Source: Octopus sinensis
Taxonomy: Eukaryota
Direction of reading: 5' to 3'
NCBI RefSeq assembly: GCF_006345805.1
Contig: NC_042999.1
Coordinates: forward strand, 39,246,001 to 39,310,000
Length of the DNA stretch: 64,000 bases
Part shown: positions 51,571-64,000 of the stretch, one piece after another
Position numbering within the stretch: position 1 is the first letter of the stretch
How the letters are laid out: each line of letters begins with the position of its first letter
Position numbers and translations under genes: made by a program
The notes under the pieces: generated by a model
The model's database searches: none
What the model saw: the letters and a program-made list of their open reading frames with translations, nothing else
Told to the model about the DNA's origin: nothing

Positions 51571-53879
51571 TATCATCATCATCATCGCCGCCTCATATAG
51601 CAAACTTTCAATCATGAATGTATTCTTTAGCCGATAAATCGAAATAAGGTTTATTTCAGAACAGAACAACGTCACCTTTAAGGTTCAACTCATATTACGT
51701 ACAGATAGTACAAAGAGCAAAGTATTACTGGTGTGACAAGCAAAAATTTGGATTATATACTAGGATATTAACCGAAGTTTTTGTCCCATAAAATATTTCG
51801 TATTACTTGGTCATACTTCGCAACAGCAAAAGCTTCTCTTTAACGTCTTGCTAACGTTGTAGATATCACCCTTAATAAATAAAATACATAATGATATGGA
51901 AATGTATCCGATATGTGATTTTCCTTCGTATCAGTGAAGGTAATATTTTTTTCTTCGTATCATAAGTGCTCTGTATACTAAGAACGGTGTTAGTAGAGAA
52001 ATTTGTACCGAAACTAATTCAAAGGTGTGCATAGTCATTTAAGTTGTAAATAGTTTCAGAATAAAGTCTCCTCTGATGAAAAGTGTCTTCATGCCTTTCT
52101 ATATTTAGTCAAGTAACCTATTCCGTGCTGCAGTAAAGTGATATTTTCGTATTACTGATGTAAGACAGATGCGGCCTGTCCCACACGCACAGAAGGCCAA
52201 AGATTTATAGTGGATATGACCCGACAGACAAAACTAAAGCGCACAGATGTATGAAGTTTAATGGAGAAACCAGCGTTTAAGAGAAACCTTTCTTTGTTAT
52301 GACTCACCTGCGGATTCATTACGAATGACAATCTGTGATCATACTGCACAACTGGAATTTTCTCACAATACTGTAGGAGTATGCGGAAATTCTTTTGTAT
52401 TAGAAAGAATAAACAAAGTCTGTACCCTGGGAGTTGACATGATTTAAAGGTCAAAATTCTTGGGAACAAATGCAGTCACGCATTTTCTGACCCAGCTTGG
52501 AGAAATGGAATGAAGCCGCTTATTTATATCCTGGAAACGATGGCCTAACCCATGGAATGGCGCCATACCTTCTCACCAAAATCTAGGAAGATCAAGAGTC
52601 AGCGACATACATAGAAACTCATGACGAGAGCTTTGTGCAGTAAGAAACAGCGAGGGATCTCAATGGTTTCAGAAGTCAAATTTATGTGATAATACACATA
52701 TAAATAGTGTGAAATATTAATTCAGTATTTGGAAAATGATCGGAATCTGTAAAAATAATTCATTCGCAATAGCTTTTGGTGGTCTCACTTTCTGAAATTT
52801 TCCTCCCTTTTTCCCCCACAACCAGTAGAGAAAAATAACATTTACATCCATTAGGAGGAAATATTTTGAAAGATATCTATATATTTGCTTCCACAAATTT
52901 GTTTAGATCATTGTTCAAATGCTTATTGACAATAGTATTGACTCCAAATCATATGGCTTGATATTATCTTTGCCAAATTGCTGTTGTAAAACTCTTTTAT
53001 CCATAGCAATATTCTGATTCTTTTAATACATAATTTATTTCCGAAATATCAGCGTAAATGCGATACTTATCTGGAAAGACAATGTTTTGTATATGTGTTC
53101 ATCAGTATTAGCGCTGTCAAGTTCTATCTTCATATCAGATTCATTAACGCATTAAATAAACCAACATTTTGATGAAATATTCATCAAATTTTCTATTATC
53201 AGGAATGATACGCTTTCAAATTGTTTATTTAAATCCATTCAAATATTCAGAAGGACTACTTTGCCTGACGCTTGTGTTAACATTCGTATTATGATTAACA
53301 TAACTGATCAATGTAGAGTATTACGACGATATCCCGAATAGTTACGGAATCGTTTATTCTTGTGGATATATTTACATGAAATTAATTCCACGTCACTATA
53401 ATAAATACAAGAAATACTTTGTAGCTTGATCGGACTGGTATATATCGACCAAAGCAATTTATGTGACTAGTGTATCTGAAATGCTTATGTGTTAATCGTT
53501 CCTAAATCATTCCTTGAATAAAGTCTGGACTCCAATGGAATCGTTAGGCTTTACCAATATATCATATTTATATTTCCATTACATTATTGGCGGTATAAAA
53601 TCTTTGTGGTACAGGATCCTTAGATACATTTATGCATTGTCATCGAGATCTAAAATTTATCCATAAAAACGGAGTTATTATTTTCCCTTTAGGGCTACTA
53701 AGGTCACATATTCTGATATACCTGATTCAATTTTAATATCACTGCAATAAATTTTGTTGCATCATCAGGGGAAATCGTTTCTAATCTAAACATTTCAAAC
53801 ATAGGTAAGTCACACTTGAAGTGCAGATGATATCTACAATGGATTTCTGCAATGGATTTATTTACAGTGGTCAGCTGAT

Positions 53880-54330
53880 GATGCATTTTGCAAAATATCA
53901 TTTAGATGATGAGTAATAGCAGAATAACAAATATGTCACCTTCCAAGCTGATCATTTCAAATCCTATGCATAATTCGATTTTACATATGCAATCTAGTCT
54001 GTTCTCCAATTTTTCTTAATGTCTGTTTCAGCTGTGCCGATCATTTTAAGAACTCCATAAACCAAAAACGGGAAGTCATATCGTAAGCCCCTGTTATAAC
54101 GTCCCACAGAACATATAAATTAGTCCGTCATCGCTTCTTTACTGACAGCTTTGATGCCTTTATAATGATTTCTCTACAGATTCTCTTTAGTAGATGGGAT
54201 TTTATTCTAAAAACGTTTTATTTTCAGTTATAGTGTGATAACATTTTGGTTGATGATTCCACACTGAATTCCTTCGTAGCTGTATGTTTTCTCGTGGAAT
54301 TTCTTCGTGATTTAAACATTCACTATGTAG
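53880..54330 (-). pseudogene. Tentative TREX/DnaQ-like (DEDDh) 3'-5' exonuclease relic
   Basis: ICSVGRYNRGLRYDFPFL (54063-54116) vs TREX ExoII xCLVAHNGxRYDFPLL; LEGDIFVILLL (53914-53946, other frame) vs ExoIII AEGDVLALL; stops and frameshifts, ExoI not found. Confidence 0.3.
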
Positions 54331-54382
54331 CATTTACAATTTCGATTTCATTGAAATGATTGCTGATTTTGTTGTGAAAATG

Positions 54383-54840
54383 CAGCCAGCTGGCAGAATC
54401 GGTAGGGCGTGGAACAAAATGCGTAGTGTAATATTATTATTTCAAAGGCGTTTAACTAGCAGAATGTTTAGGAAGCCAGGCCAAATGCTCAGCGTCATTT
54501 CGTTTGTCTTCATGTTCTGATTTAGTTAGACGTCGAGGCCCCTTTGCCAATCATCCATGCGGGCTTGATAGAATAATTAACGCTTGTTGAACGCGATAAA
54601 ATCTTCCATTTAAAATACCTGGTCTTACCCCCAAAATAGAAATAAATAAAAACGATTTTAAAAAGTTATCTTTTGTTACACTTATTTTTGCTGTTGTAAT
54701 TACTGGCTTCTCTCCGGCTTTACCTTCTGAGCCCAATTCCCACCGAGATCTGCATTGCCTTTCATCGTTTGCTGGTCGATAGAATAAATCATCAGACAAA
54801 TATTGAGGCCGATGTTTTTGACTTGCCAAATTTTGGTAAG
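54383..54840 (+). mobile_element. Cluster of degenerate SINE family A pieces
   Basis: GCCAGCTGGCAGAATCGGTAG at 54385, TAGCAGAATGTTTAG at ~54458, GCCTTTCATCGTTTGCTGGTCGATAGAATAA at ~54757. Confidence 0.7.
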
Positions 54841-56457
54841 AAATATTATCTGTAGAATTATTGTTGTACGTGGGGATGGTCATATTTCACCAATAAACAA
54901 GGACACGATATGTTTGGTCATCAGACATGATTATTTTGCTACTTTGTCAAAACACTTTCGTCACACATTCCTGACCTCGTCAAAGGCTCTTTATCCTACA
55001 TGCCTGAAGACACGTATTTTTTGGTTTCATGAACGATAGGAACAACTTTTGTTTTGTTCAAGTTTTGCAGCTATTTATAAGGGTGCTTCGTGATTCTGAA
55101 TTAGATATTTTTGTTGTCCTGTTGAAAATATTTTATAACAGTCTTCTACATAGTTAATAGTCTAGCCCCTTGAATTCGTGGTATATATAACTTTTTGTAT
55201 ATCGGATTTTTACTGTTGTATTCTAAATGGAGTTATATTAATCATTGGTTCCTATCATTTATTTGTCCTGTTATAAATATCTTAACTATAACCTATAATT
55301 GAGAAATCGATGTCTGCCAGAGAAGGTGTGGAAATGACGGAGCACATACATATTTCATGTGTCGAGAAGGGAGGATTACTGTAGTAGTTCGTATTTTTCT
55401 TTTCATATAATTACACACACACACACACACACGCACACACACACATACACACAAATATATATGTACATATAAACATGCGATATGTTTTCTATTGAGGCCT
55501 TGGGATAAAGTTCCACAGTAAGTGGGCTAGAGTACATATTAATACTTGGGATATTATTCAGTACAAAAAGTAATATATTTCCTGGTATTAATCAATATAC
55601 TTTATTATTTTCCGTTACTTTTTGCTTAATTATGTAATATATAAGTAAAATGTAGATGAATTTAAATATATATATATATATATATATTAGTATTTTAGTA
55701 TTTTAGTATTTCAGGTTAAAGTGATAATTACTAAGGGGATGTGGTTTTAATAGACTGTATATAAAAGATAAGATATCACAAAGTTATTTAAAAATATTTA
55801 TAATAACACATGTATCTATCTAATCAGGGGAATCATTTGTATATTTACAATACTATATGGGTAATACAGGGTAAAAATTAGATGTTGGCAGTTATTCGGA
55901 CAAAATTCAAATATGGGACAACAGACAAAAAGTTACCGTACAAGTTATTTCCCTAAGTTGTTATTTATCGCTAAAATTTTGTTTAAAATGTATTCTCCGA
56001 TAAAATACATTAATTGCAATGCTCCATGCTACAATGTTGAGTTACTTAATTAATGAACCAACTCAATATATATCCTCATATATCCTATTTTATATATACC
56101 TCCATATTACTAACTTGTCTTTGTTTATCGCTCAAATTATGCTTAAAAATCTTCTTTATCTAAAAAAATGCCTCCAAACCGAGGTTCTGTGTAATAGCTT
56201 TGAGTCACTTAATTAATGAACAAATAAGACATTCAGTCCTTTAAAATATTTATCCGTCTCTTTATTCAGTTAATTACTCTTAATGTTATATTTAAATGGT
56301 GTGGGTGTTGGAGGTGAGGTTAAGTTATAAGTAGGATGAAGGGTGGTAGCTCTAGGTTATTAAGATCTAGAATTAGAATAATAACATACTCAAATATTTA
56401 GGTCCATTATTCAATCAGTCAAGCATTTAATTTATTGGTTCTGTAATGGGGTTGCAT

Positions 56458-56489
<32 letters not shown>

Positions 56490-56496
56490 ATATATA

Positions 56497-56540
<44 letters not shown>

Positions 56541-56841
56541 TAGCTTATATAAAAAGGCATAATCCGTATACATGTATGTATATTGTTATCATTGTTTTTT
56601 TAAATATATATATAGATAATATGTCTACCAGTTGATAAATATCACGCCTTGACTCCCCCATTTTCTTATTGCCGTATAAATTAAGAGTAAAACAATATTT
56701 GGCCCTCATCCATTTATTACATTCAGTAGTAGCAATATAAAACACTTATGTAGTAATAATTGAGTATGCTACCTGCAGTATATTGAATAGATATTATCCC
56801 TTATTTGTTGGATTCACAACCTCTAACTCTCTTGGAGTTAC

Positions 56842-56876
<35 letters not shown>

Positions 56877-56884
56877 TATATATA

Positions 56885-56917
<33 letters not shown>

Positions 56918-57076
56918 AAGTATAGGAAAGAATGGAGCTAAACGAAGATTTAACAAAATACCTTTATTTTATTTTCGACATATGTTTCGAAGTCTGCAGA
57001 CTTCGAAACATATGTCGAAAATAAAATAAAGGAATTTTGTTAAAATCTTCATTCAGCTCCATTCTTTCCTATACTT
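56918..57076. repeat. 159-bp fold-back palindrome centred on a hammerhead-like stem II
   Basis: Centre GAAGTC-TGCA-GACTTC; right arm continues GAAA-CATATG-TC; left arm is the mirror image and abuts (TA)n. Confidence 0.95.
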
Positions 57077-57229
57077 AATATATAAAACTTCAAATTTCCG
57101 CACTAAGGCACGGGTTTTATGCCCTATGGTCGTAACTTCAACCGTGCCCTTTCTGTTGTGAGTTTGCTACCCAGGTATCGGTTATCTTTCGAATTATCGT
57201 AATAAGATAATTCATTTGTCTACTTAAAC

Positions 57230-57264
<35 letters not shown>

Positions 57265-57420
57265 TGTTTACTAACAATCTAAGTTGGCGAGTTAGCAGAA
57301 TAGATAAGGTGTAGTCCAAATACTTAGGAGCATTTCGTCCACGTTTTCATTCTGGGCTGAAAAACCGCCACTCTTGATATTGCCTAGCATTTTTTCGGGG
57401 TCGATAAATTAAATACAATT

Positions 57421-57822
57421 AGGCGCAGGAGTGGCTGTGTGGTAGGTAGCTTGCTAACCAACTGCATGGTTCATGGTTCAGTCCCACTGCGTGGTATCTT
57501 GGGTAAGTGTCTTCTACTATAGCCTCGGGCCGACCAATGCCTTGTGAGTGGATTTGGAAGACGGAAACTGAAAGAAGCCTGTCGCATATATGTATATATA
57601 TATGTATTTGTGTGTCTGTTTGTTTGTCTGTGTTTGTCCATCTAGTATTGCTTGACAACCGATGCTGGTGTGTTTACGTCCCCGTCACTTAGCGGTTCGG
57701 CAAAAGAGACCGATAGAATACGTACTGGGCTTACAAACAATAAGTTCCGGGGTCGATTTGCTCGACTAAAGGTGGTGCTCCAGCATGGCCGCAGTCAAAT
57801 GACTGAATCAAGTAAAAGTAAG
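57421..57822 (+). mobile_element. SINE family B (OR-like CORE-SINE), full length, preceded by a degenerate family A copy (~57283-57415)
   Basis: AGGCGCAGGAGTGGCTGTGTGG..GGTTCAGTCCC..CTTGGGTAAGTGTCTT..CAGCATGGCCGCAGTCAAATGACTGAA. Confidence 0.92.
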
Positions 57823-58099
57823 TATTGAGGTCAACGTAATCAACTTTCCCAATGAACCGAAATTGCAAGTGCAGTGCTTGTAGTAGATAGGAATGTTTGG
57901 TAATATATAAGTTGGTGAGGTGACAGAGCACCTATTGCACGTCCGGCAACATACTTTGTTGTAATTTAGGTTTGCCTTTGTCTTCTGAATTCAAATTTTA
58001 CACCGATATCGAAATGTGAGACAGATAGATAAATACATACATAGATACGTACGCACGTACATACATACATACATAAACACAAACATATATATACTCCCT

Positions 58100-58166
<67 letters not shown>

Positions 58167-58196
58167 AGTATTAACTCCATTGATACAAGTATATAC

Positions 58197-58570
58197 AGGC
58201 ATAGGAGTGGCTGTGTGGTTGCTAACCAACAATATGTTTCAGGGTTCAGTCCCATTCCATGCACCTTGGTCGACTGTGTTCTGCTATAGCCCCGGGCCGA
58301 GAAAACTTTTGTGAGTGGAGTTGGTAGACGGAAACTGAAAGAATCACATCGTATATATGTATGTGTGCGTGTGTGTACATATGTTTGTGTGTCTGCGATG
58401 GTCTCCTGACCATCGCTTGACAACTGGTAAAAGAAACCGATGGAATAAGTACTAGGCTTACAAAGAATTAGTCCTGGGGGTGTCAATTTGCTCGACTAAA
58501 GGCGGTGCTCCAGCAAGGCCACTGTCAAATGACTAAAACAAATAAAAGAGTAAAAAGAGAGTAAAGAGTA
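58197..58570 (+). mobile_element. SINE family B, more diverged
   Basis: AGGCATAGGAGTGGCTGTGTGG..GGAAACTGAAAGAA..GCTCGACTAAAGGCGGTGCTCCAGC..AAAGAGTA tail. Confidence 0.88.
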
Positions 58571-58977
58571 TAACGTTGCCATCGAGCTTAGTATAGAAAG
58601 GTTATTTTAAATATCATACTGATTATAAAGTAAAGAGATCAATCAATTTATTCTTAATATTCTTGTGTAGGCCAAATGCCATTATGAAATGGAGCAGAAG
58701 TCGGGCACACTTATATTTATACATACATAAATACATACATACATACATACATACATACATACATACATACACACATACATACATACATACATACATACAT
58801 ACGTACATACATACACACATACACACATACGCATGTATGCACATATATACATATTTTATATTAATGTTTAATATATCAATAGATCTATCATATTCCCTGA
58901 CTAATTCCAACCATCCACTGTCTTATATATGCATATGTGTTTGTGTGCGTGTTTATGTATATGAATATATATGTATT

Positions 58978-59027
<50 letters not shown>

Positions 59028-59627
59028 TGTGTGTGTGTGTGTGTGGTGTGTGTGTGTGTGTGTTGTGTGTGTGTGTGTTGTGTGTGTGTGTGTGTGTATG
59101 TGTGTGAGTGTATATATATATATAATTATATATATATATACATACATATATGCATATACATATATGAACATATATTTATATAAGGAAGTGTAGATAGCAG
59201 TTAGTTAAGAAATATCGATTGATTGATTAATATATATATATTAGAAAATGGGAAGAACATCAAAACCAAATTCGCTAACCAGGTAATTGGCGATCTGACA
59301 AAGCATAGTGAAAATAGGCTGGGTGGCTGGAAGTAGAGACTCATAAGGTTTTGCATTATTGTTTAGCAAGAATGAGCACCTGGTAAAATCAGAGATTGTG
59401 CCAAGTATTTTTCATTGATTTCCTATAATTAAAACTGGTACTTTCTCTTGGAGTAACTCCAATAGTGATTGTTGGCATGAACTGTTACTGGCCCTAAAAA
59501 GAGTACTGCAAATAAGAGTCGTTGCTAAGTATAAAGTAACACTAAATTATTAATGTTATAATGCTAACTTTTGTTCAGGAAATTCTGGTGTAGATTTTCT
59601 ATATTCTGTGGTATGTAGGTGTATGTG

Positions 59628-59691
<64 letters not shown>

Positions 59692-59737
59692 ATATATACA
59701 CGTATATACATATATATATACATACATACACACATAT

Positions 59738-59807
<70 letters not shown>

Positions 59808-59817
59808 TTATATCTAT

Positions 59818-60059
59818 ATCACGCGATCACAATGTTCGCATTGTTTTAGCCTTCGAATGACGCCACCCCGCTGGCTAAGCGAGCAGGCCAACAGAAGAAA
59901 GTGTTGGAGAAAGAGTGGTGAAAGAGTACATCAGGGGTCACCAAACCTCGTGGAGCTTTTTAGATGTTTTTGTTCAATAAACACTCACAACGTCCGGTCT
60001 GGGAATTGAAATCGCGATCCTACCACAGCGAGTCCGCTGCCCTAACCACTGGGCCATTG

Positions 60060-60065
<6 letters not shown>
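59818..60065 (-). mobile_element. tRNA-derived SINE family C
   Basis: Reverse complement of the 34261 copy (GAGGCGCAATGGCCCAGTGGTTAGGGCAGCGGACTCGC..). Confidence 0.88.
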
Positions 60066-60093
<28 letters not shown>

Positions 60094-60094
60094 C

Positions 60095-60129
<35 letters not shown>

Positions 60130-60130
<1 letters not shown>

Positions 60131-60844
60131 GGTTGTTCTTTGAAAAGACTCGACTTACATCTGCTCCACACCCGGGGGATGTGTGATGCCTATTCGTATG
60201 TTTCTCCAATGTGTCTGTAAGTGGGGTTGTTCATGAGTGTAAACTTCCATATAGTTAAGAGCTGATGGCTTTCAACTCACTATTGACTTCACACGTGGTT
60301 GCTGGGATATGTGCACGTACAGATATAGGTGCCTGTGTGCCATGGGTGAGTTGTAGTGAGTGCTTATATTTAGTTATGTGTCAGATGTGTGTATTTAAGT
60401 ACATGTGTATCAGCTCTGTCTGTGGGCACTCGAATACGTGCGGTTTGGTTAGCTGTGTGGGTGCATACTCGGTTCGGCACGTACTCATGTGGGCGTGTAC
60501 GCGTTTGTGGGCTTACTCCTGTGGGCATGTCCTTGCCCACGTATTTAGGTTGCATATATAGAAGCGTGTGCGTACTGATGCTTTGAAAGAATATGCATTC
60601 CTGTATTTATATGTGTAAGCATTAAGCTCGGAGGGGGTTACAAACAATACATAAGGGTGGAAGGCTATCTATGGTCTTCGCAGGTATCGGTGATTATATG
60701 CCCTATATTTGGTTATGGGTTAGCAGGTATTATGGTGCAGCCAAATCAGAGGCGATATATGGGTTGTCCGCTGCCAGTGGCTCGAATTTCATCAGTTGAA
60801 CATACCTCTGATAGCAGCAGTAAGTTGCTTTATATTTCCTGTTG

Positions 60845-60890
<46 letters not shown>

Positions 60891-61900
60891 TGCGTGTCGA
60901 TGGAGAATAGGCGGTCTTTCGCTGTGGCAGAGCTCTCAATTGAGCCTCAGTAATTTGGTGCTCCTGTTCAAGATGGTTCATTCGATGTTGGAGGTGTCAT
61001 TCTAAAGGTCGCAACGTCTCCAGACGAAACTAGACAAAAAAGTCGAACATCTTCTATTCGCAATTCTAAGGGAATGCATATGCTGATTGTACCTTCCCTT
61101 GAAGTCATCGGCTTTCATGCCTGTGAAGCCATGAGATGGTGTGAAAGTTTATCTGTAGACTACAGGTCTTCAGAGACAGGAGTCACACAGAATGCAGCTG
61201 GTGGGGTCTTTGCAATTATAGGTTCCGCTGGTGCTTATGCTTGTGCATTGCTACATCTGTTGTGATATGCAATGTTAAAAGCGATGTTGACTTAACGTTA
61301 TGTGGTTGAGATGATTATAATACTTGAGAGAGTCTTCTTAAGCAACGGCAGGAAGCGCTTAGTTACTTCTAGTTTAAATGGAGGGTTGTTCAAGATGATC
61401 TTCCTCCTTGTGGGATGCGGCGATGTAGGTTGTGTGTCCTCTATATATACCAAATTGTCAGATATTTTCCTCCTCGCTAATGTGTCATTGTAGTGGCAAC
61501 GACCATTCTGAAGAATAATCTATCGATTGAAGCTTAGATATCTTACTTATACTTATAAGTATGTTTCTAAGTACACCGGTAAGGGTGTGGTTGGAACGTC
61601 AGTGGTTGTATAGTTTCCTCGTTTGGCTTTATACAAGAGGAGCACTTGACTGTTTTCCGGTTTGTAGTTACATCCAGAAAGTCGACCATGGTCAGTTTCA
61701 TAATAACGGTTACGGAGAGGACGAATATATTGAATATCTTAATCAGGTGGTTACAAAACTTCTCCATAGCGTGTCCGTTCATATAGATCGAGATTGATGA
61801 GATATCCTCTTTGTGAAAGGGCAAAATGTCAGGGTCTGTGCGTTTCCTGCAGGTATTCAAGATAGAAAACCCGGCCTGTTTATTTTCAAGGAACAGCGTA
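60130..61900 (-). mobile_element. Penelope-like element relic: RT C-terminus, linker, GIY-YIG domain and 3' extension
   Basis: VDFLDVT..KP, SNHTLTGVLRNILISI, RRKIILNNPPF, YNCKDPTSCILCDSCL..VVYR, GMKADDFKGRYNQH, STFLSSFVW, collinear with PLE ORFs; many stops; (TA)n inserted at ~60843-60890. Confidence 0.88.
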
Positions 61901-62213
61901 TAATCAGATTGAATGCTCACGCGTGACCATAACAGTGTTACAAATGTAAGCTAAACCTGAAATATATTCCCTAGAGGAAAATTTATTTTACAAAGTAGAT
62001 AGTTTGACCATAATCTTAAACACTATTTGGAAATTCATTTGAAGTGATTGCATTGCTTTTGGAATAGACTCAAATATTTTATGGCATTATATTCACTCCT
62101 GGTCAGATCATTCGGGCGCAATATAGATGTATGAGATTTTTTTTTTCCTGATATCGCTAAATCTATTAGCAATATTTCAACAGATATTTGAACATTTATT
62201 AACGCCCTTTATT

Positions 62214-62410
62214 GAAGCAGCGACCTGGCAGAATCGTTAGCACCCCGGAAAATACAATTAGCGGCATTTCGTCCGTATTTACGTTCAAATCACATCGGCG
62301 TCTACTTTTCCTTCTTACTTTTCGAGGTCGTTATATTAAAACCACTTGAGCACTCATATTGATGTAATGAATTAATCTCCCCCTCCCGTGTGCTTATAGT
62401 AGAAAATATT
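62214..62410 (+). mobile_element. SINE family A, degenerate
   Basis: GCAGCGACCTGGCAGAATCGTTAGCACCCCGG..TTTTCGAGGTCG. Confidence 0.8.
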
Positions 62411-62687
62411 TAATGAGATCCATTATGCATTTAACAAAATATACCATATTGAATGGTATGATGAATATATACAACTGGGTGATCGAAAACGCCGACAAAA
62501 TAAACTCCCTGAAGTAAGTGGCTTTCTAAGTTACAAGAAGTCTGTTGAAATAACTGAACACTTGCAATAAAAAAAAAGTGACTGGTTTGTAAGTATTGAG
62601 GTTAGGCTAGCTCACATAAACTTCTATATTTTTAATGCTATATAATTTATATTTTTCTACGTTAAGGTCAATACTGATAGACATTGG

Positions 62688-62896
62688 CTTCAAATTTTTG
62701 ACCAAGGCCCGAAATTTCAAGGGGAGGGTATGTCAAACACTTCGCCCAGACTCCTCAAGTGGTCCTTATTTTGTATACGTCGAAAGGATGAAAGCAAATT
62801 CGACCTCGGTGGCACCTGAACTCAGAATGTTGGGTGGACGAAATGCAGCAAAGCATTGCCTCAGCGTGCAAACGATTCTATTAGTTCACTGCCTTG
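62688..62896 (-). mobile_element. SINE family A, degenerate
   Basis: CGAAAGGATGAAAGCAAATTCGACCTCGG..GAACTCAGAA..GACGAAATGC..AAACGATTCT (reverse complement of family A). Confidence 0.8.
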
Positions 62897-64000
62897 ATTC
62901 TGATGAATACTATGTTTCTGTGATGCGAAGCAGGCTTAGGTATGGTCAATGTAGTTATTAATTATTTCGATATCTTTTGGTTATTCCTTCGTCTTAGAGA
63001 CGTGAATAAGGAAACTGAAGTTCATTAATTGTCTAAATGAAACACTGGACACTTTCTTTTTCTCCCTTTACATCGTTGCTGTCCGCTTGTACTCATATGT
63101 GATCCCCTTATTTTCATTCACTTTGTATGTTTTCTTTTTCGCTTCAGGTTCTTGTAGTGACAACTAGCATTAAAAATATTGTTCTATCACAAAGACAGAC
63201 CAATGCCTTCAGTGGATCAAGTTGTATTTTCATGAGCACTTATTCTATTTCAGGTACACAGTTATCTATTTTTGTTGTTGCGTAACCTTAAATTTTCAAT
63301 GACGCTACGAGATGCAAAATTTAATCGCTCTTCACGTAGGCGTCTCGAAAAACATTTTAATCACCTCTTGTTGACGTAACCTTTTCCTTCACCTGTAATG
63401 TGTGTTTTGGTAAGTTGCTGACCTTTATGTTGGTAGACATCTTAGTTTTCCCTTCCATCGTTACTTATGACGTAGGAGTTATCTTGTAACGCAATTATAA
63501 TGTGCAATAATAATGTGCTTGATCAATGTAAGTAGAAACATGACTGGTTATAGTCTATATCTACCGTGAATTATTCCTCGCTATAAATATTTTTGTAAAG
63601 AAATGTAGATATATGTGTTAAAATATAGAAAACAACGTTTGCTTCAGGATTGGTTTCACAGTATTTGTAAAACTTCTGTAAGTAATATATTTCATCAATA
63701 GTTCTACTGTCGCTCCTGCCTGTCAGAATCTAGTTTCTTTGCTTACTCTTCTTGCCAATCGACTTTTATTACATTTGGAGTTTCTAGTCTTTCCACACTG
63801 GTTTTTGGTGGAATCGAAATATATTTCTTCTGTTCAAAAGATTGTTCTCACTTCCAATAAATATGCATTACTGCCGAAATAGCACATTCTTGACCTTATG
63901 CATGCAATCTTTTGCATTTGTCTTTAGTTATATCCGGCATTAACGTTTTGTTGTTGATTCCTAAAATGTTTGAGGTAAATGTTTATTTCGTTGTATAGTT

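Noticed and set aside
52281-52319. EKPF...THLRIH as a C2H2 zinc finger; nearby FVLERINKVCTLGVD as a retro-protease
   Set aside because: No Cys pair, wrong spacing and flanking stops; no DTG/DSG active-site motif seen.

Overview
This is AT-rich, microsatellite-saturated eukaryotic DNA. The SINE families, R4/Dong LINEs and (TA)n load point to an octopod cephalopod (inference, not a database result). I found no intact host gene, tRNA/rRNA gene or CRISPR array, and nearly all ORFs in the track are microsatellite artefacts. The window is a retroelement graveyard. It holds three tRNA-derived SINE families (>25 copies), six R4/Dong-type restriction-like-endonuclease LINE fragments (the best-preserved ones tied to (TAA)n), one young GC-rich RTE 3' end, several Penelope-like element (PLE) relics, a mariner remnant and a probable Helentron-type non-autonomous element. 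The most interesting layer is RNA structure. A fully canonical minimal type I hammerhead ribozyme sits at 69-111, and at least four other hammerhead variants occur, each with a different self-complementary stem III. There are four long fold-back palindromes at PLE-type termini, one centred exactly on a hammerhead stem II. Also present are two (TA)n-bounded tandem duplications, a head-to-head pair of related R4/Dong LINEs, two short locally templated captures and a tentative TREX-like exonuclease relic.
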